64,000 nucleotides of DNA from NCBI GenBank assembly GCA_951406725.2, contig OX597819.1:41106001-41170000 (forward strand), given 5' to 3'. Below, one piece after another: positions 1-11,914 of the stretch. Position 1 is the stretch's first letter; the number at the start of each line of letters is the position of its first letter. The notes beneath the pieces are model-generated. The model was given only the letters and a program-made list of their open reading frames with translations. It searched no databases and was not told where the DNA came from. Source of the stretch: Octopus vulgaris. Lineage: Eukaryota. The position numbers were made by a program, and so were the translations under genes.

Positions 1-41
1 CATTGCATGTATATATACATGTGTGCGTGCTTGTGTGTTTC

Positions 42-79
<38 letters not shown>

Positions 80-657
80 ATACACAGATATACGCGCAGA
101 GACAGGTACACACGCAACAACAATAAAAACAACACACAGACATTATCTGTTTCCGCTGCACATATTCACACAAACGCATGCGCGCGCGCACACATTCTCT
201 GACTTCCAATCTCTGCCTGTCTCTGTCTCACTTTTCATTTCCCTCCCACTCTCCTCTCCGCTCTCTCTCTATCTCTCTCTCTCTTTCTCTCTTACACATG
301 CATACACACACGTATGCTTTCTCTCTTCCCCCTCCTTTCTCTCTTCCTTCTCTTTCCCCTCACTCTCCCTTACAAACACCCATACACACACACATTCATT
401 CTCTCTCTCTCTCTCTCTCTCTCTTAAACACACACATGCATATGTAGACTTATTTTAAACAAGAACAAAAAAATCTAACATTTAAAGATAAACAAATCTT
501 GACCAGTTACATACAAACAAGCACACATACGCTCTCTCTCTCTCTCGCTCTCGCACACACACACACACACACACATCAGAACTTAAATTTCATTTGATTT
601 TGCTTGAAGCAAATAATTACACTTATGATAGCTATTGGTGAAGTAGTTGTAGTAGTG

Positions 658-694
<37 letters not shown>

Positions 695-700
695 CAGGAA
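1..700. repeat. Compound microsatellite/low-complexity tract: (TG)n, (CT)n, (CA)n, (GTA)n
   Basis: Simple repeats are directly visible; ORFs 3..458 and 178..447 are translations of them. Confidence 0.9.
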
Positions 701-1189
701 GAGAGTGGGATTGATGGTAGGAGATAGATTACCTAGCAACTAGGACAACCGCCAAACTAAGTACTTTCTGCTACATAGTTATGTCCCTTTAGTGTTTTGA
801 GTTGAAATACCACCTGGGTCAGCTTAACCTCTTATCCTCCGTACTTATTGCAATGGTTGCTGTTGCGGTTACTATTCTGTCTAAGGTCAGCCCTGATCAA
901 ACTAAACTATGATGATAGATATTCCATTTACCTCGGCTAACCCGTTTGTCTCGGCTCAGGTAAAGATTACCCAAAGCCACATTGTTACATGAGTAATTGA
1001 AATACATAGAAATAGGGGATAATCCGTCCCAAGCCTCATCCAAACTTCCTATAAAAGCATGAAATTATGTTTTATTTGTCCATCCAACAATAGCAAATAC
1101 ATAAATGTATTAAATATATACGTATATGTACGTATGTGTCTGAATGCGCGTGTGTGTGCGCTACGTATATGTTTGTTTGTTAGTTTGTT

Positions 1190-1225
<36 letters not shown>

Positions 1226-1505
1226 CCCGTTATCTTGCTTCTGTCGAACTATGGTTGTGTTTTTAGCAAAATATGCGTGATAAATTTTTTTCTGTATAAA
1301 GTATGAAAATGTGCAAGCTACATGAAATGCATACATGGACGTTAACAAACCGTTTGTACACGCTCTCGCCGCCATTTTTATGCGTGCGTTGTCCATTCAT
1401 AGTTTGTTGTTCGAATTTCAGTTCGTTGGTTGAACAGAATTTTCTGAAAAAAAAAAAAGAAAAAAGAAGGAAAAAAAAACCCCCTGCTCACCACACAATT
1501 TATCT

Positions 1506-1780
1506 GTGAAGGCGCATGACTTAGTGATTAGAGGTATTCGGCTTACGATCGCGCGTTGTGTTCTTGAGCGAGGTACGTTCTTTCACGTTGTTCCAATCCA
1601 CTCAGCTGGGAAAAATGAGTAGTATCTGAAATTCTAAGGTCCGGCCTTGTCACATTCTGTGTCACGCTGAATCTTCCCCTAGAACTACGTCAGAGGTGTG
1701 CGTGTCAAACTTCATGAGCAGGCTGTTCTGTTGGTTGGATGTCCTGGAACCCTCGTCGTCGCAATCGAGTGAGTGACACC
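1506..1780 (+). mobile_element. Degraded tRNA-derived SINE (family C-related)
   Basis: Head GAAGGCGCATGACTTAGTG resembles 16923; internal TGTGTCACGCTGAATCT..ACTACGT is shared with 3567-4083. Confidence 0.65.
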
Positions 1781-2038
1781 CATACAATTTGTCTATTTAA
1801 CGTACGTTAGTATATACTCTCCCGGCACTTATACGCTTGCTTAACTTACTCTTGATTTGTTACTCAAATATCAGATCGTCACGTGAATGGGATCTCACTT
1901 ATTTGCGTGCGTAGACAGTTTGTGATTCGTTGATCAAATTTCAGCTCGTTATACGAATTTAATTTTCTTCAGAAATCCGTTCGACATTCGATTTATTCGT
2001 TGACAGACCTACTCATATATGTATACTTCACTGCACAC

Positions 2039-2047
2039 GTATGTATG

Positions 2048-2079
<32 letters not shown>

Positions 2080-2200
2080 TGTATGTATGTATGTATGTAT
2101 GTATGTATGTATGTATGTATGTACGTGTGTGCATGTGTGTGTGTATTTGAGTGTATATACACATACATGCACATACATATACTTACATATATATATATAG
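2039..2200. repeat. (TATG)n/(TA)n microsatellite
   Basis: Directly visible. Confidence 0.95.
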
Positions 2201-2492
2201 ACTTTTGAATCATTCGGTTTATTGTTAATATCAGATCTTTTATTTCGTATCCGTCTTGGCGATATTTTCAGCAATATTTTATTTACAACAATATTTAATC
2301 AAGCGGAACTTGCTAAATGTTTACCTCGTCTATGTTTTTATTTCTGTTTTGCATCGTTAAGAGGACACACCAATAAGATTTCATGGTCGAACGTAATTCC
2401 TTTTGTTGTATGCTTCGGTGTGGACTGGAAATACCAGTAACCCATGGTTATGTTTGTTTGCTTGTAAGAATTACGCATGTTTTATTATCTCA

Positions 2493-2574
2493 ACTAGCAG
2501 GACTAGCTACCCTGGACTGATGACGGGAAAGACCCAGAAACAGGCATGTCTTCTTGTTGCTAGTCCTAGCTGGT
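2493..2574 (+). ncRNA. Type I hammerhead ribozyme motif with extended stem I
   Basis: CTGATGA (2517-2523), stem II GGG-AAAGA-CCC, GAAAC (2537-2541), GTC triplet (2548-2550); stem I GGA/TTC, then an internal loop, then AGGACTAGC/GCTAGTCCT and CTAGC/GCTGG. Confidence 0.75.
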
Positions 2575-3087
2575 GGGGGTGCTTGCCTCCCCTTCGCAAA
2601 TATAAGGACACAGGAAATGTGTCAAAGCCGACAGAAAGCGTCGATGCTTCCTAGGGCTAAATAGCGGTGGTGTAATTCCCTTTACGGGACTGTCACGTTA
2701 TGTTGACAGTATACAACCACTCTATCGCTCCACCACCGCTCATGTCTCTTTGAGACATTTAGAAATTCAATATTTCTAATTAAAGCATGTTTTATTATTT
2801 TCTTTAAAATATAGTAAAACACGTAATGGCAACAATATTTCTGTCAATTTAAATTCTGGTGTTAGCCGCCATTGACTTTCTAAACTAAGCTATATTATTA
2901 GGATAATGATTTTTTTCTTTTTGTTTTCCTCGCATTTACAATTTGAGTTTTCGTGGTGCAGTATACATTCGATGTCTAGTCACCAAAATCGCGCGCGTGA
3001 GTGTGTGCAAGTGTATGAGCCTGAATGGATGTGAGTGTGTGTGTGTGTGTGTGTGTATGCGTGTTTGTGTACACAAATATATATATT

Positions 3088-3149
<62 letters not shown>

Positions 3150-3150
3150 C

Positions 3151-3295
3151 ACAAAAACAAAAAGGCACGCAATGAGAGGAACACGTTTTAACAAAAATGT
3201 TATTAGTATTATGCTTGAAAGGAGACGAAAAGGGTCTTCAACGTTTCGGACACATGATTTTCATCAGAAAAAAGAAAAAACCAGCTAGGACAGGT
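3151..3295 (-). mobile_element. Short Penelope-like non-coding element between microsatellites, with a degenerate minimal HHR at 3235-3272
   Basis: Minus strand TTTT-CTGATGA-AAATCATGTGTCC-GAAAC-GTT-GAAG; stem II is decayed; layout resembles 11911 and 24270. Confidence 0.55.
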
Positions 3296-3316
3296 ATTAT
3301 ACATGTATGTATGTGC

Positions 3317-3382
<66 letters not shown>

Positions 3383-3566
3383 ATGTATATGCATAAGCTT
3401 AGCAGTCATTCGCTAGCGAGTATTACCTGATATTTGGTACCACGGTTTGCTAATCATATCAACGAGCTAACATAGACATACTTTCAGTCTTCTCATGCTT
3501 GATCTAGGAGATATGACAGCCGGAGAAGAGAAATGGCTGCATTAGCAGTAGAATAATGCTCATGTT

Positions 3567-4083
3567 GTGGAGGCGCAATGGCCCAGTGGTTAGGGCAGCG
3601 GACTCGCGGTCGTAGGATCGCGGTTTCGATTCCCAGACCGGGCATTGTGAGTGTTTATTGAGCGAAAACACCTAAAGCTCCACGAGGCTCCGGCAGGGGG
3701 TGGTGGTGAACCCTGCTGTACTCTTTCACCACAACTTTCTCTCACTCTTTCTTCCTGTTTCTGTTGTACCTGTATTTCAAAGGGCCAGCCTTATCACACT
3801 CTGTGTCACGCTGAATCTCCTCGAGGACTACGTTAAGGGTACACGTGTGTGTGGAGTGCTCAGCTACTTGCACGTTAATAAATGAGTTGTGATGTCACTG
3901 GTGCCGAGCAGTATCGGCCTTTGCCTTTCCCTTGGATAACATCGGTGGCGTGGAGTGGGGAGGCTGGTATGCGTAGGCGACTGCTGATCTTCCATAAACA
4001 ACCTTACCCAGACTTGTACCTCGGAGGGTGACTTTCTGGGTGCAATTCCATAGTCATTCATGACCGAAGGAGGTCACATCAAC
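3567..4083 (+). mobile_element. tRNA-derived SINE family C, full length, with TSD
   Basis: A box TGGCCCAGTGG, B-box-like GGTTTCGATTCC; flanked by GCTCATGTT direct repeats (3558-3566, 4084-4092); head nearly identical to 13042. Confidence 0.85.
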
Positions 4084-4279
4084 GCTCATGTTCAGCTGGA
4101 CTAACGTGAAACGATACAACGACCCATCGGATTCAGAAATCGATGAGAAGACTTTATGAAGTAGATAAGCACACTTTGGACACAAAAAGAGAATATTTTA
4201 CTGGGGCTAAAAGGGTTGTATGTATATAAGCCTCTCATGTTTGTCTCCCGTTAGGAGACCTTTCATGGAAGAAATGCTT

Positions 4280-4860
4280 GAATTTTGAAAGCCGGTACAA
4301 CAATATCGCGAAGCCTGTCGTCCGATGCCTTAATGATTCGGTCAATCCACCGTTATGGAACAAAAAGATAAATTCCGTAGGGTTTTGATCCCCAAATTTA
4401 AAGAATTGGGACAAACACCGCAAAGCATTTTGCTTGGCGCTCTAACGCTTCGGTTTGTCAGCCATCCTTGAATATATACAATAATTATTTCTAATTAAAG
4501 CAGAAGGACAGCAATTTTTGCGGAAAGCAGGTTAGTTGATTACACAGGGTCAGTACTTGATTGGGACTTAATTTCATCAACACCGGGGAGATGAAAAGCT
4601 TAACTGACCTCGGCGAAAACTGAACTCAGAATGTAAGGAGCCGGAACAAATACCGCAAAGAATTTTTCCTACATTAACGATTGAGTGAGCTCACAATGGT
4701 TTCTAATATTGGTACAAAGCCACACTGATTTGATCAACTCCAATATTTGATTGGAGCTTACTTTTGCAACCCCGAAAGAGATGAAAGGCAAATTGACTCT
4801 AAGGTGAACGAACTCAAAATATGAAGTATTTTGTTCGCCAAGCTATCGCTTCTACTATCT
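4280..4860 (-). mobile_element. Cluster of degraded family B SINE fragments
   Basis: Repeated GATGAAAGGCAAA..GAACTCAGAA-like pieces matching the reverse complement of 41422-41654. Confidence 0.55.
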
Positions 4861-4953
4861 TATGGACTTTGATACGCTCATAACAACATACTAATGAAAA
4901 TTATTTACATTATTTATATTCGACGGTTATTTGTCCTCATCTTGTTTGTTGTT

Positions 4954-4999
4954 AACATAACGTTTCGGCTGATATACCCGCCAGCCTTCTTCAGGTGTC
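4954..4999 (-). ncRNA. Minimal type I hammerhead ribozyme (Penelope-type)
   Basis: GACAC-CTGAAGA-A-GGCTG-GCGGGTATAT-CAGCC-GAAAC-GTT-ATGTT; stem III is reduced to the palindrome AACGTT. Confidence 0.7.
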
Positions 5000-5048
5000 T
5001 TGGGGAAATTTCAAACCTGGGTTTTCATTCCTAAGGTATTTTTCGATC

Positions 5049-5092
<44 letters not shown>

Positions 5093-5192
5093 GCTCAGGT
5101 CACTGCTTGGAATCGAACTCGGAATCTTGAGGTTAGTAGCCCGCACTCTTAAGCACTACGCCATATTCCCACGGGCATATGGCGTAGTGGTT

Positions 5193-5251
<59 letters not shown>

Positions 5252-5300
5252 CGTCGAAAAATACCTTAGGAATGAGAACCCAGGTTCGAAATTTCCCCAA

Positions 5301-5346
5301 GACACCCGAAGAAGACTGGGGGGTATATCAGCCGAAACGTTATGTT
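5301..5346 (+). ncRNA. Second (mutated) HHR copy in the right arm
   Basis: GACAC-CCGAAGA-A-GACTG..CAGCC-GAAAC-GTT-ATGTT; U4C in the core and one stem II mismatch. Confidence 0.55.
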
Positions 5347-5487
5347 AACAACAAACAAGACGAGGACAAATATCCGTCGAATGTAAATATTGTACATAAT
5401 TCCTCGTCCCTTAAATATAGAACTGTATTATGCTAATGAAAAATATCAACTTAACTTAATGTTGACGGCTAATTCTTAGGTAACAAG

Positions 5488-5549
<62 letters not shown>

Positions 5550-6674
5550 CTACTATCTCGTAACTCCTGGTTGCTTTTAGCTGAGTCTGCTCAGTTGCAA
5601 GTATTTGTAACAGTTCAATGGCCTGTTCAATCATTTCGTCCCTTCCGCCCATGAATCTCGGTAGCAATATAAAGAGTTGTGGATGTTGCCCCTTCTTCCT
5701 TTGACTGAACCACAAACCGTCTTGTTAGTCTAGCACCCCATTCATAATACGTTGAATTGGCGGCCTGCGCCCTCCGTTAAATCTTCCGTAATCTTATTCA
5801 TAGAGAAATAAAGGTTAATTTCAATTTTGCTTCTTTTTTTTTTTTCTATTTTTTTGTACATTCCTAGCAACCACTGAAATGGGTTTTAGCGTCCCTTGCG
5901 GAAAGGAAGTGGTAGCGACCCCAGTTTGGAAAGCACTGCATGGAGTTTTTTAAAAAAATACCCCCGACTTTCAGTGTCAATTAATCTCCAGCAATAACGT
6001 CAAATTTTATCGTCTGGTACGGCAGTGTTCTAATTTATATCTTATCAAAGACCCCCTGCAGTGTCTCTCATATAACTGCCTGCTTCTCTTATCTTAGAGA
6101 CTTTAGTTTTGCAATAAGAACACTTCATTATCTCACTGTCCCTCTTGCCTGCTAAACTTCTCGGATCATTGCAATTTACAATTTTCTCTATAATCCCTCC
6201 CACCAAGATATATTTAAGTGTCTTTTCTGTTGAGATACCTCGTCGTGTATTTCTACTAAAAAAAAATGCTTTCCTTTAGTTTATACCACTATTAACCATT
6301 GCCTGTCCACAGTATTTTCAAAAGTTAGTCCTAAAAGTCCATACTTGTTTTCAGGTTTATAGATAGCTCTTGTTTCATACAATCTAATATAACTTTCCTT
6401 TGATAAGTCCCACGTTACTCTAGTGGTTGAACAAATTAGGAATGTGTATTATATCTGATGCACGGATACCAAGAAAATACATCATGCGTATCATATGTGA
6501 TACACTGGACAGGCAATGGGTTAAATATTATTTCTCTTATATTCAGCTGTTTTCCAACTTCAATAATTTTCTTTTCTATCAGATTTTTATTTTTCAAAAC
6601 AAATTTACCCTTCCCCACAACTGGTGATTTTCGATTTCGAAAACGGCAATAACAAGGAATGCACACAGATAACT

Positions 6675-6850
6675 GTGATTCTGATTCAGTCCCACTGTAC
6701 GGCGCCTTGGGCAAGTGTCTTCTATTATAGCTCCAGGTTGACCAATGTCTTGTGAGTGAATTTGGTAGACGGATCGATTTCATCAACTAAAACCTTTCAG
6801 GGTGGTGCTCCAGCATAGCCACAGTCCAATGACAAAGTAAACGATAAAAA
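6675..6850 (+). mobile_element. Internally deleted family A SINE
   Basis: TTCAGTCCCACTG..CCTTGGGCAAGTGTCTTCTA and tail GGTGGTGCTCCAGCAT match 55947-56350. Confidence 0.7.
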
Positions 6851-7237
6851 ATTCTGAAGTGCCGAAACAAATTAATAAATGTTTACACGTAGGTTATATA
6901 ATTACGAGGTGCGTGCCAGAGGTTTTGAGGCCTTTGTATGAGAGACAGTTATAACAGCTCTAGATTATTGTAATTTTAGTGTACCATTACTATGCACCTG
7001 ATAAGGTGACCTGTCAATTGTATTCCAGATTGATGGATATGGTGCCATACTCACGCAAACAACACCTGGTTCCTAATTCTAGAGAATATCGGTCGTATTA
7101 AATATATGTTGTTGTTGTTGTTGTTGTCCAGCCCTCACGAAGGCCTAATCGAACAGGTCTATGATCGAAGACATCAAGTCGTGACCAACCCATCTTTTAT
7201 TCAGTGACCTTTATATAGAAATAACAGCCAACAGAAG

Positions 7238-7660
7238 TGTTGGTTGGTTGGTTGGTGGGTCGGTTGGTTGGCAGGCTGGTTAGTCGGTTGGTTGGCAGGC
7301 TGGTTGGATGGTTGCCTCGTTGGTTGGTTGGACGGTGGTCGGTTGGTTGGTCGGTCGGTGGGCTGGTTGGTCGGTGGGTCGGTTGGCTGGTTGGTCGGTT
7401 GGTTGGCTGGTTGGTTGGTTGGTCGGTGGGTCGGCTGGTTGGTTGGTTTGTCGGTTGGTTGGCTGGTTGGTTGCTCGATTTCTATCTTAGGTCCAACAAC
7501 TTTCTCTCTCTCCTTTTTCCTCAAGTCTGATCATAAGTCTACCCCCAACTCTTTCTCTCACCCCCTCTCCCTCTCTCTCTATATATCTCTCTTTCTCTCT
7601 TTCTCTCTCTCTCTCTTTCTCTCTCTCTCTTTCTGTCTCTCTTCTTGTCTGTCTCTCTCT
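7238..7660. repeat. (GGTT/GGTC)n followed by (CT)n
   Basis: Directly visible. Confidence 0.9.
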
Positions 7661-8218
7661 GTCGAAATTAACATATATTTTAGCCTCACCAGGGCTGAGA
7701 TCCGCCATGTTTAAAATATCCAAGATACGCTGTGTTTCACAAAGCATCCCAACCCCACAACCCTATTAGTGACTGTGAATCCAACGAAAGCAGGATTTGA
7801 CCCCAGTATTTAACTGGTACCATTTTCTTTATCGACGCACGCGCACACATTCGTAACAATGAAAAACAATATCGACCCAAACGAGATTCAAAGTAAGAAC
7901 GCAAAAGCAGATAAGTTTTTAAAAAACCCCAGAAATGCATTTTTTCTGATGCTCTACCGGTTGTGCAACTCACCACCCTACAAAAATTAGCAATAAATAT
8001 TTCTAACACAGAAAGGAACCACATTTCGGGGTGGGTGGGTGTGTAATATTAACTGCAGTATTTAACGGATACGTGATTTCACTGATACCCAACCCGTCTG
8101 ATAAGGGGACAAAGTAGACGTCCCCTTTTCCTCCCTCCACCCCCACCACTAGAACTCCCACTGTAGGTACATTGCGACGAAAGGTAATTGAATTTAGTGT
8201 TGCGTTAAATTTTTTTTA

Positions 8219-8445
8219 GGAACGCGCGTGGCTAAGTAGTTAGCGACGTTCGATTCATGACTGTCGAATCGTCGGTTCAATTCCTAGATCGGACATGTTG
8301 TGTCCTTGAGCAAGATAGTTCGTGTCGTGCCTGCTGTAAATGAGTACCAGCTTGGTGCTGGTGCTGTCCTTTCTCTTTCTCCATCTGCCACATCCTGGAT
8401 ATTCCGCTGAATCACTCGTCGCTGTCGAAGACTTCCAGTGACTCC
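8219..8445 (+). mobile_element. Degraded tRNA-derived SINE
   Basis: TGGCTAAGTAG..GGTTCAATTCC head, TTGTGTCCTTGAGCAAGA and GTAAATGAGTACC motifs. Confidence 0.6.
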
Positions 8446-8959
8446 ATGAATCAATCAAGTGTCAAGTTGTCATTTAATCCCTTTCCGGGATCAATAACTG
8501 CAGGACCAGAACGACTCCAAGGATCGATTATTCTCTCTCCTCCCTTCTCCCTCCCCTTCTCTCCCTTTTCTGCTCCCTCTCCGTCCCTATAAGAGGTTCG
8601 TGGAAACTGGTCACAGTTTTGCCTTTCCTTTAAAAAAAAATGGTAAAAGTTTCCGATAAGGACTAACAACCTCTTTTCATCTCGCATCTAATACAAAACG
8701 TGCAAAGAAACAATGCAACACAGTGGACACGGATAGACCGGCTTGCCATACAAAACGATACTATTGAAAAATTTCGATCTGCGAATTATTGTTTAAGTCC
8801 GGTGATTCTCAACCAAATCGTCCCAACTTTAAGGTAATTCAGGTAATAATCCAGTTTTGCATTCTCTTTTTTATAATTACCATTTTATTTGTAACTACTT
8901 TTTCTGTTTTAAAACCCATAAAAGATTATTTTTGAGGGTCTTTTTTGGGGGGGCGGCGG

Positions 8960-9082
8960 TCTGGAACGGATTGATTATATTTTAGTTAATTTCAATGGGA
9001 AAAATTGATTTGTAAAACGAGTAAACCATAATACGAGCTCGGCCATGGAAGGAATTAAACTCGTACTGCGAGGTATTACTGT
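8960..9082 (-). mobile_element. Pogo/Tigger-like DNA transposon terminal fragment
   Basis: Minus strand begins TA-CAGTAATACCTCG..; only one end is recognisable. Confidence 0.4.
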
Positions 9083-9095
9083 ATTATATCTTTAT

Positions 9096-9251
9096 GGAGG
9101 GGCTGTGTGGTAAGAAGCTTGCTTCCCAGCCACAAGATCCGTGTTCAGTCCCACTGTGTGGCACATTCGGCAAGTGTCTTCTATTATAGCTTCGAGTCGA
9201 CCAAAGACTTGTGAGTGGATTTGGTAGATGGAAACTGAAAGAAGCCCGTCG

Positions 9252-9300
<49 letters not shown>

Positions 9301-9341
9301 TTGTTAGTCAGTGTTTGTCCTCCCCATCATCGCTCGACAAC
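9096..9341 (+). mobile_element. Family A SINE, 3'-truncated
   Basis: GGCTGTGTGGTAAG head, GGCAAGTGTCTTCTA core, internal (TG)n. Confidence 0.8.
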
Positions 9342-10070
9342 ATTCATGGTGACTCATTCTGGGATTTTCTCATACCACGTCTTTGCTCTTTGAATGCCGT
9401 GATTTCCACAGAGCTTCCAATGGATCATTCTTTCCACATTATCACGGCGTCTTTTATATTCGCGCTGTGCCAATTTCGGGCACTCGTTAACGATGTTCCA
9501 TACCGTTTCACCCCTCTCACCACAATTTCTGCATTTGTCACTGTCGGTAGTGTTGTCTATTCTGCACTTCACATAGTTGGTCTTTAACGCTTGTTCTAGA
9601 GCTGCGCATATGAGTGCTTCTGTCTTTATCTTCAGGCCACTCCTTCTCATCCATAACCACCAGTTCTCTGTATCTGTCTTCGCGTTCACATCTCTTGCAA
9701 ACTGACAATACTTTTTTTTCCTTCTATGCTTTTACTTTTCTTGTGTTCATTTCTTGTTTAAATTTTTCTTTCATTACACAATTTTCAGTTTTGAAAAAGC
9801 CGGCCTTCGCATGTTTCAACAATGGCTCCACGGCATTTTTTACATACCACCTAAACTTCTTTCCTCTGCTTCGATACAGTCCTGGCAACTGATCAAATCT
9901 CTCCCATTCTTTCTTATGGGCAAGTACAGCCTATCGGTGTCACTCTTAGGGTGGAAGGCTCCGTGTACTGTCAACATTTTTCTGGTCTTGGTATCCATTT
10001 TCATCATTTCTCTTTTTGCCATTTTATAATTGCCACTCCATACTGAAGTGATGCCATCGCCCACGTATTA
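9342..10070 (-). pseudogene. R4/Dong-type (RLE) non-LTR retrotransposon ORF fragment (post-RT and CCHC-like zinc knuckle)
   Basis: ORFs 9354..9689 (CRNCGERGETVWNIVNECPKLAQREY..) and 9840..10064 (HPKSDTDRLYLPIRKNGR); abuts (TTA)n. Confidence 0.85.
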
Positions 10071-10074
10071 ACTG

Positions 10075-10291
<217 letters not shown>

Positions 10292-11046
10292 CTATAATGA
10301 AACTGAAGCTAACAATAATGAAGATAATAAAGGAATCACCACAAAGAATATCATATAAAATATTCGGTTATGATATTCGTTTCGACCGTTCAAGATAGAC
10401 AAGTAACTTTTCCTTTTATTATTGGCTTCATTGTCACTGATGTCGTAACATACCAAAATTGAAAGACCTCCTCACAATTTTATCTCTCACAAGAAAATCC
10501 GGCTGATGGTACAGACAACTCAGTCAGATCCTTGAATTGTGGAAGGTTTCACACGTTTGGTGGCACTATGTAATGTGTTTGAGAGTCTTTGAAATAGAAA
10601 GAGGGCAACAGGTAATTAATAAACCAACTGCCTTTATTTCTATATCTAATAAATTGCAATACAAGATGCATGGTGGTATGTTGTCACCTGTAACATATGC
10701 GTCCATTGGCCGACTGCCGTCAACGTCGAAGCTATAGAGAGGATTACTCATTTCATCCACGTCTCATTTGAATGAAATATGAACATGCCACTGACCATAC
10801 ACGCACATATCTATTTGCATATGTAAATATTGTATGGCCATTGACATTAACTCCGAGTTCATTTAACATTAACATTTGAAAGGCTTTGTTTTCCATCTTG
10901 CAGGATGTCCAAAAATCACGCACGCACACCAAGCAAGCTTTGTGTGAGTTGCCGATTTAGTCATCATGCAACAGGTTGTATTGGGATACATGTTACCAGC
11001 AGAGCTTACAAATGACTTGACATAAATATACATTCATCACATACAT

Positions 11047-11049
<3 letters not shown>

Positions 11050-11095
<46 letters not shown>

Positions 11096-11152
11096 TATCT
11101 ATCTATCTATCTATATATATATATGTATATATGTATATATATATATGTATTA

Positions 11153-11217
<65 letters not shown>

Positions 11218-11228
11218 GTATATATATG

Positions 11229-11261
<33 letters not shown>

Positions 11262-11284
11262 ATATATGTATATATATATATATG

Positions 11285-11315
<31 letters not shown>

Positions 11316-11365
11316 GTATATATATGTATATATATGTATATATATATACATATATATATATATAC
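11050..11365. repeat. Compound (TA)n/(CT)n microsatellite
   Basis: Directly visible. Confidence 0.95.
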
Positions 11366-11373
11366 ATACATTA

Positions 11374-11423
11374 ACGGCGGTGCATCAGCATGGCCGAAGC
11401 TCTGAGCTGAAACTAGAAAAAAA
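11374..11423 (+). mobile_element. CR1/SINE-type 3' end stub
   Basis: GGCGGTGCATCAGCATGGCC..AGCTGAAAC plus an A-tail matches the 3' end of the CR1 at 36425-37115. Confidence 0.6.
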
Positions 11424-11439
11424 TGTATATATATATATA

Positions 11440-11687
11440 CTTTATTTTAAGCAGCAGAAAATTCAACAAAATCTGTTACTCTGAGTTTCTCGTTGCCGTT
11501 CATCAGACAGTTTTTGCTAGAATGGCAGTTCCATTCTAGCAAAAACTGTCTGATGAACGGCAACGAGAAACTCAGAGTAACAGATTTTGTTGAATTTTCT
11601 GCTGCTTAAAATAAAGCATATTACTCTACCACTGGTATTTGAGTACTCTTTTTTCCACCTTGTTTCACATTTATGTGTTTACTCCGG
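11440..11687. mobile_element. Perfect inverted repeat (86-bp arms, 5-nt loop) plus a 70-nt tail; Penelope-like mini-element in (TA)n
   Basis: 11440-11525 is the reverse complement of 11531-11616; the tail is shared with 53914-54027. Confidence 0.9.
11541..11588 (+). ncRNA. Type I hammerhead ribozyme (mirror copy on minus at about 11468-11515)
   Basis: CTGT-CTGATGA-A-CG-GCAA-CG-A-GAAACT-CAG-AGTA-ACAG; GTA triplet; stem I CTGT/ACAG. Confidence 0.75.
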
Positions 11688-11832
<145 letters not shown>

Positions 11833-11857
11833 GCATATATATATGTGTATATATATA

Positions 11858-11910
<53 letters not shown>

Positions 11911-11914
<4 letters not shown>

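Larger units (their letters stand above)
4901..5432. mobile_element. Head-to-head inverted dimer of a tRNA-head/(AAT)n/HHR-tail element, flanked by a 10-bp TSD
   Basis: 4901-5050 is the reverse complement of about 5250-5400; centre near 5171; CTAATGAAAA at 4891-4900 and 5433-5442; tRNA-like head on minus 5093-5170 (TGGCGTAGTGC, GAGTTCGATTCC). Confidence 0.85.

Noticed and set aside
5093-5170. Functional tRNA gene
   Set aside because: The acceptor stem does not pair well and the sequence is embedded in a mobile unit; treated as a SINE head. The same applies to 3567, 13042 and 16923
8098-8128. CTGATAA followed by a GGGGAC/GTCCCC hairpin
   Set aside because: No GAAA box or cleavage triplet follows
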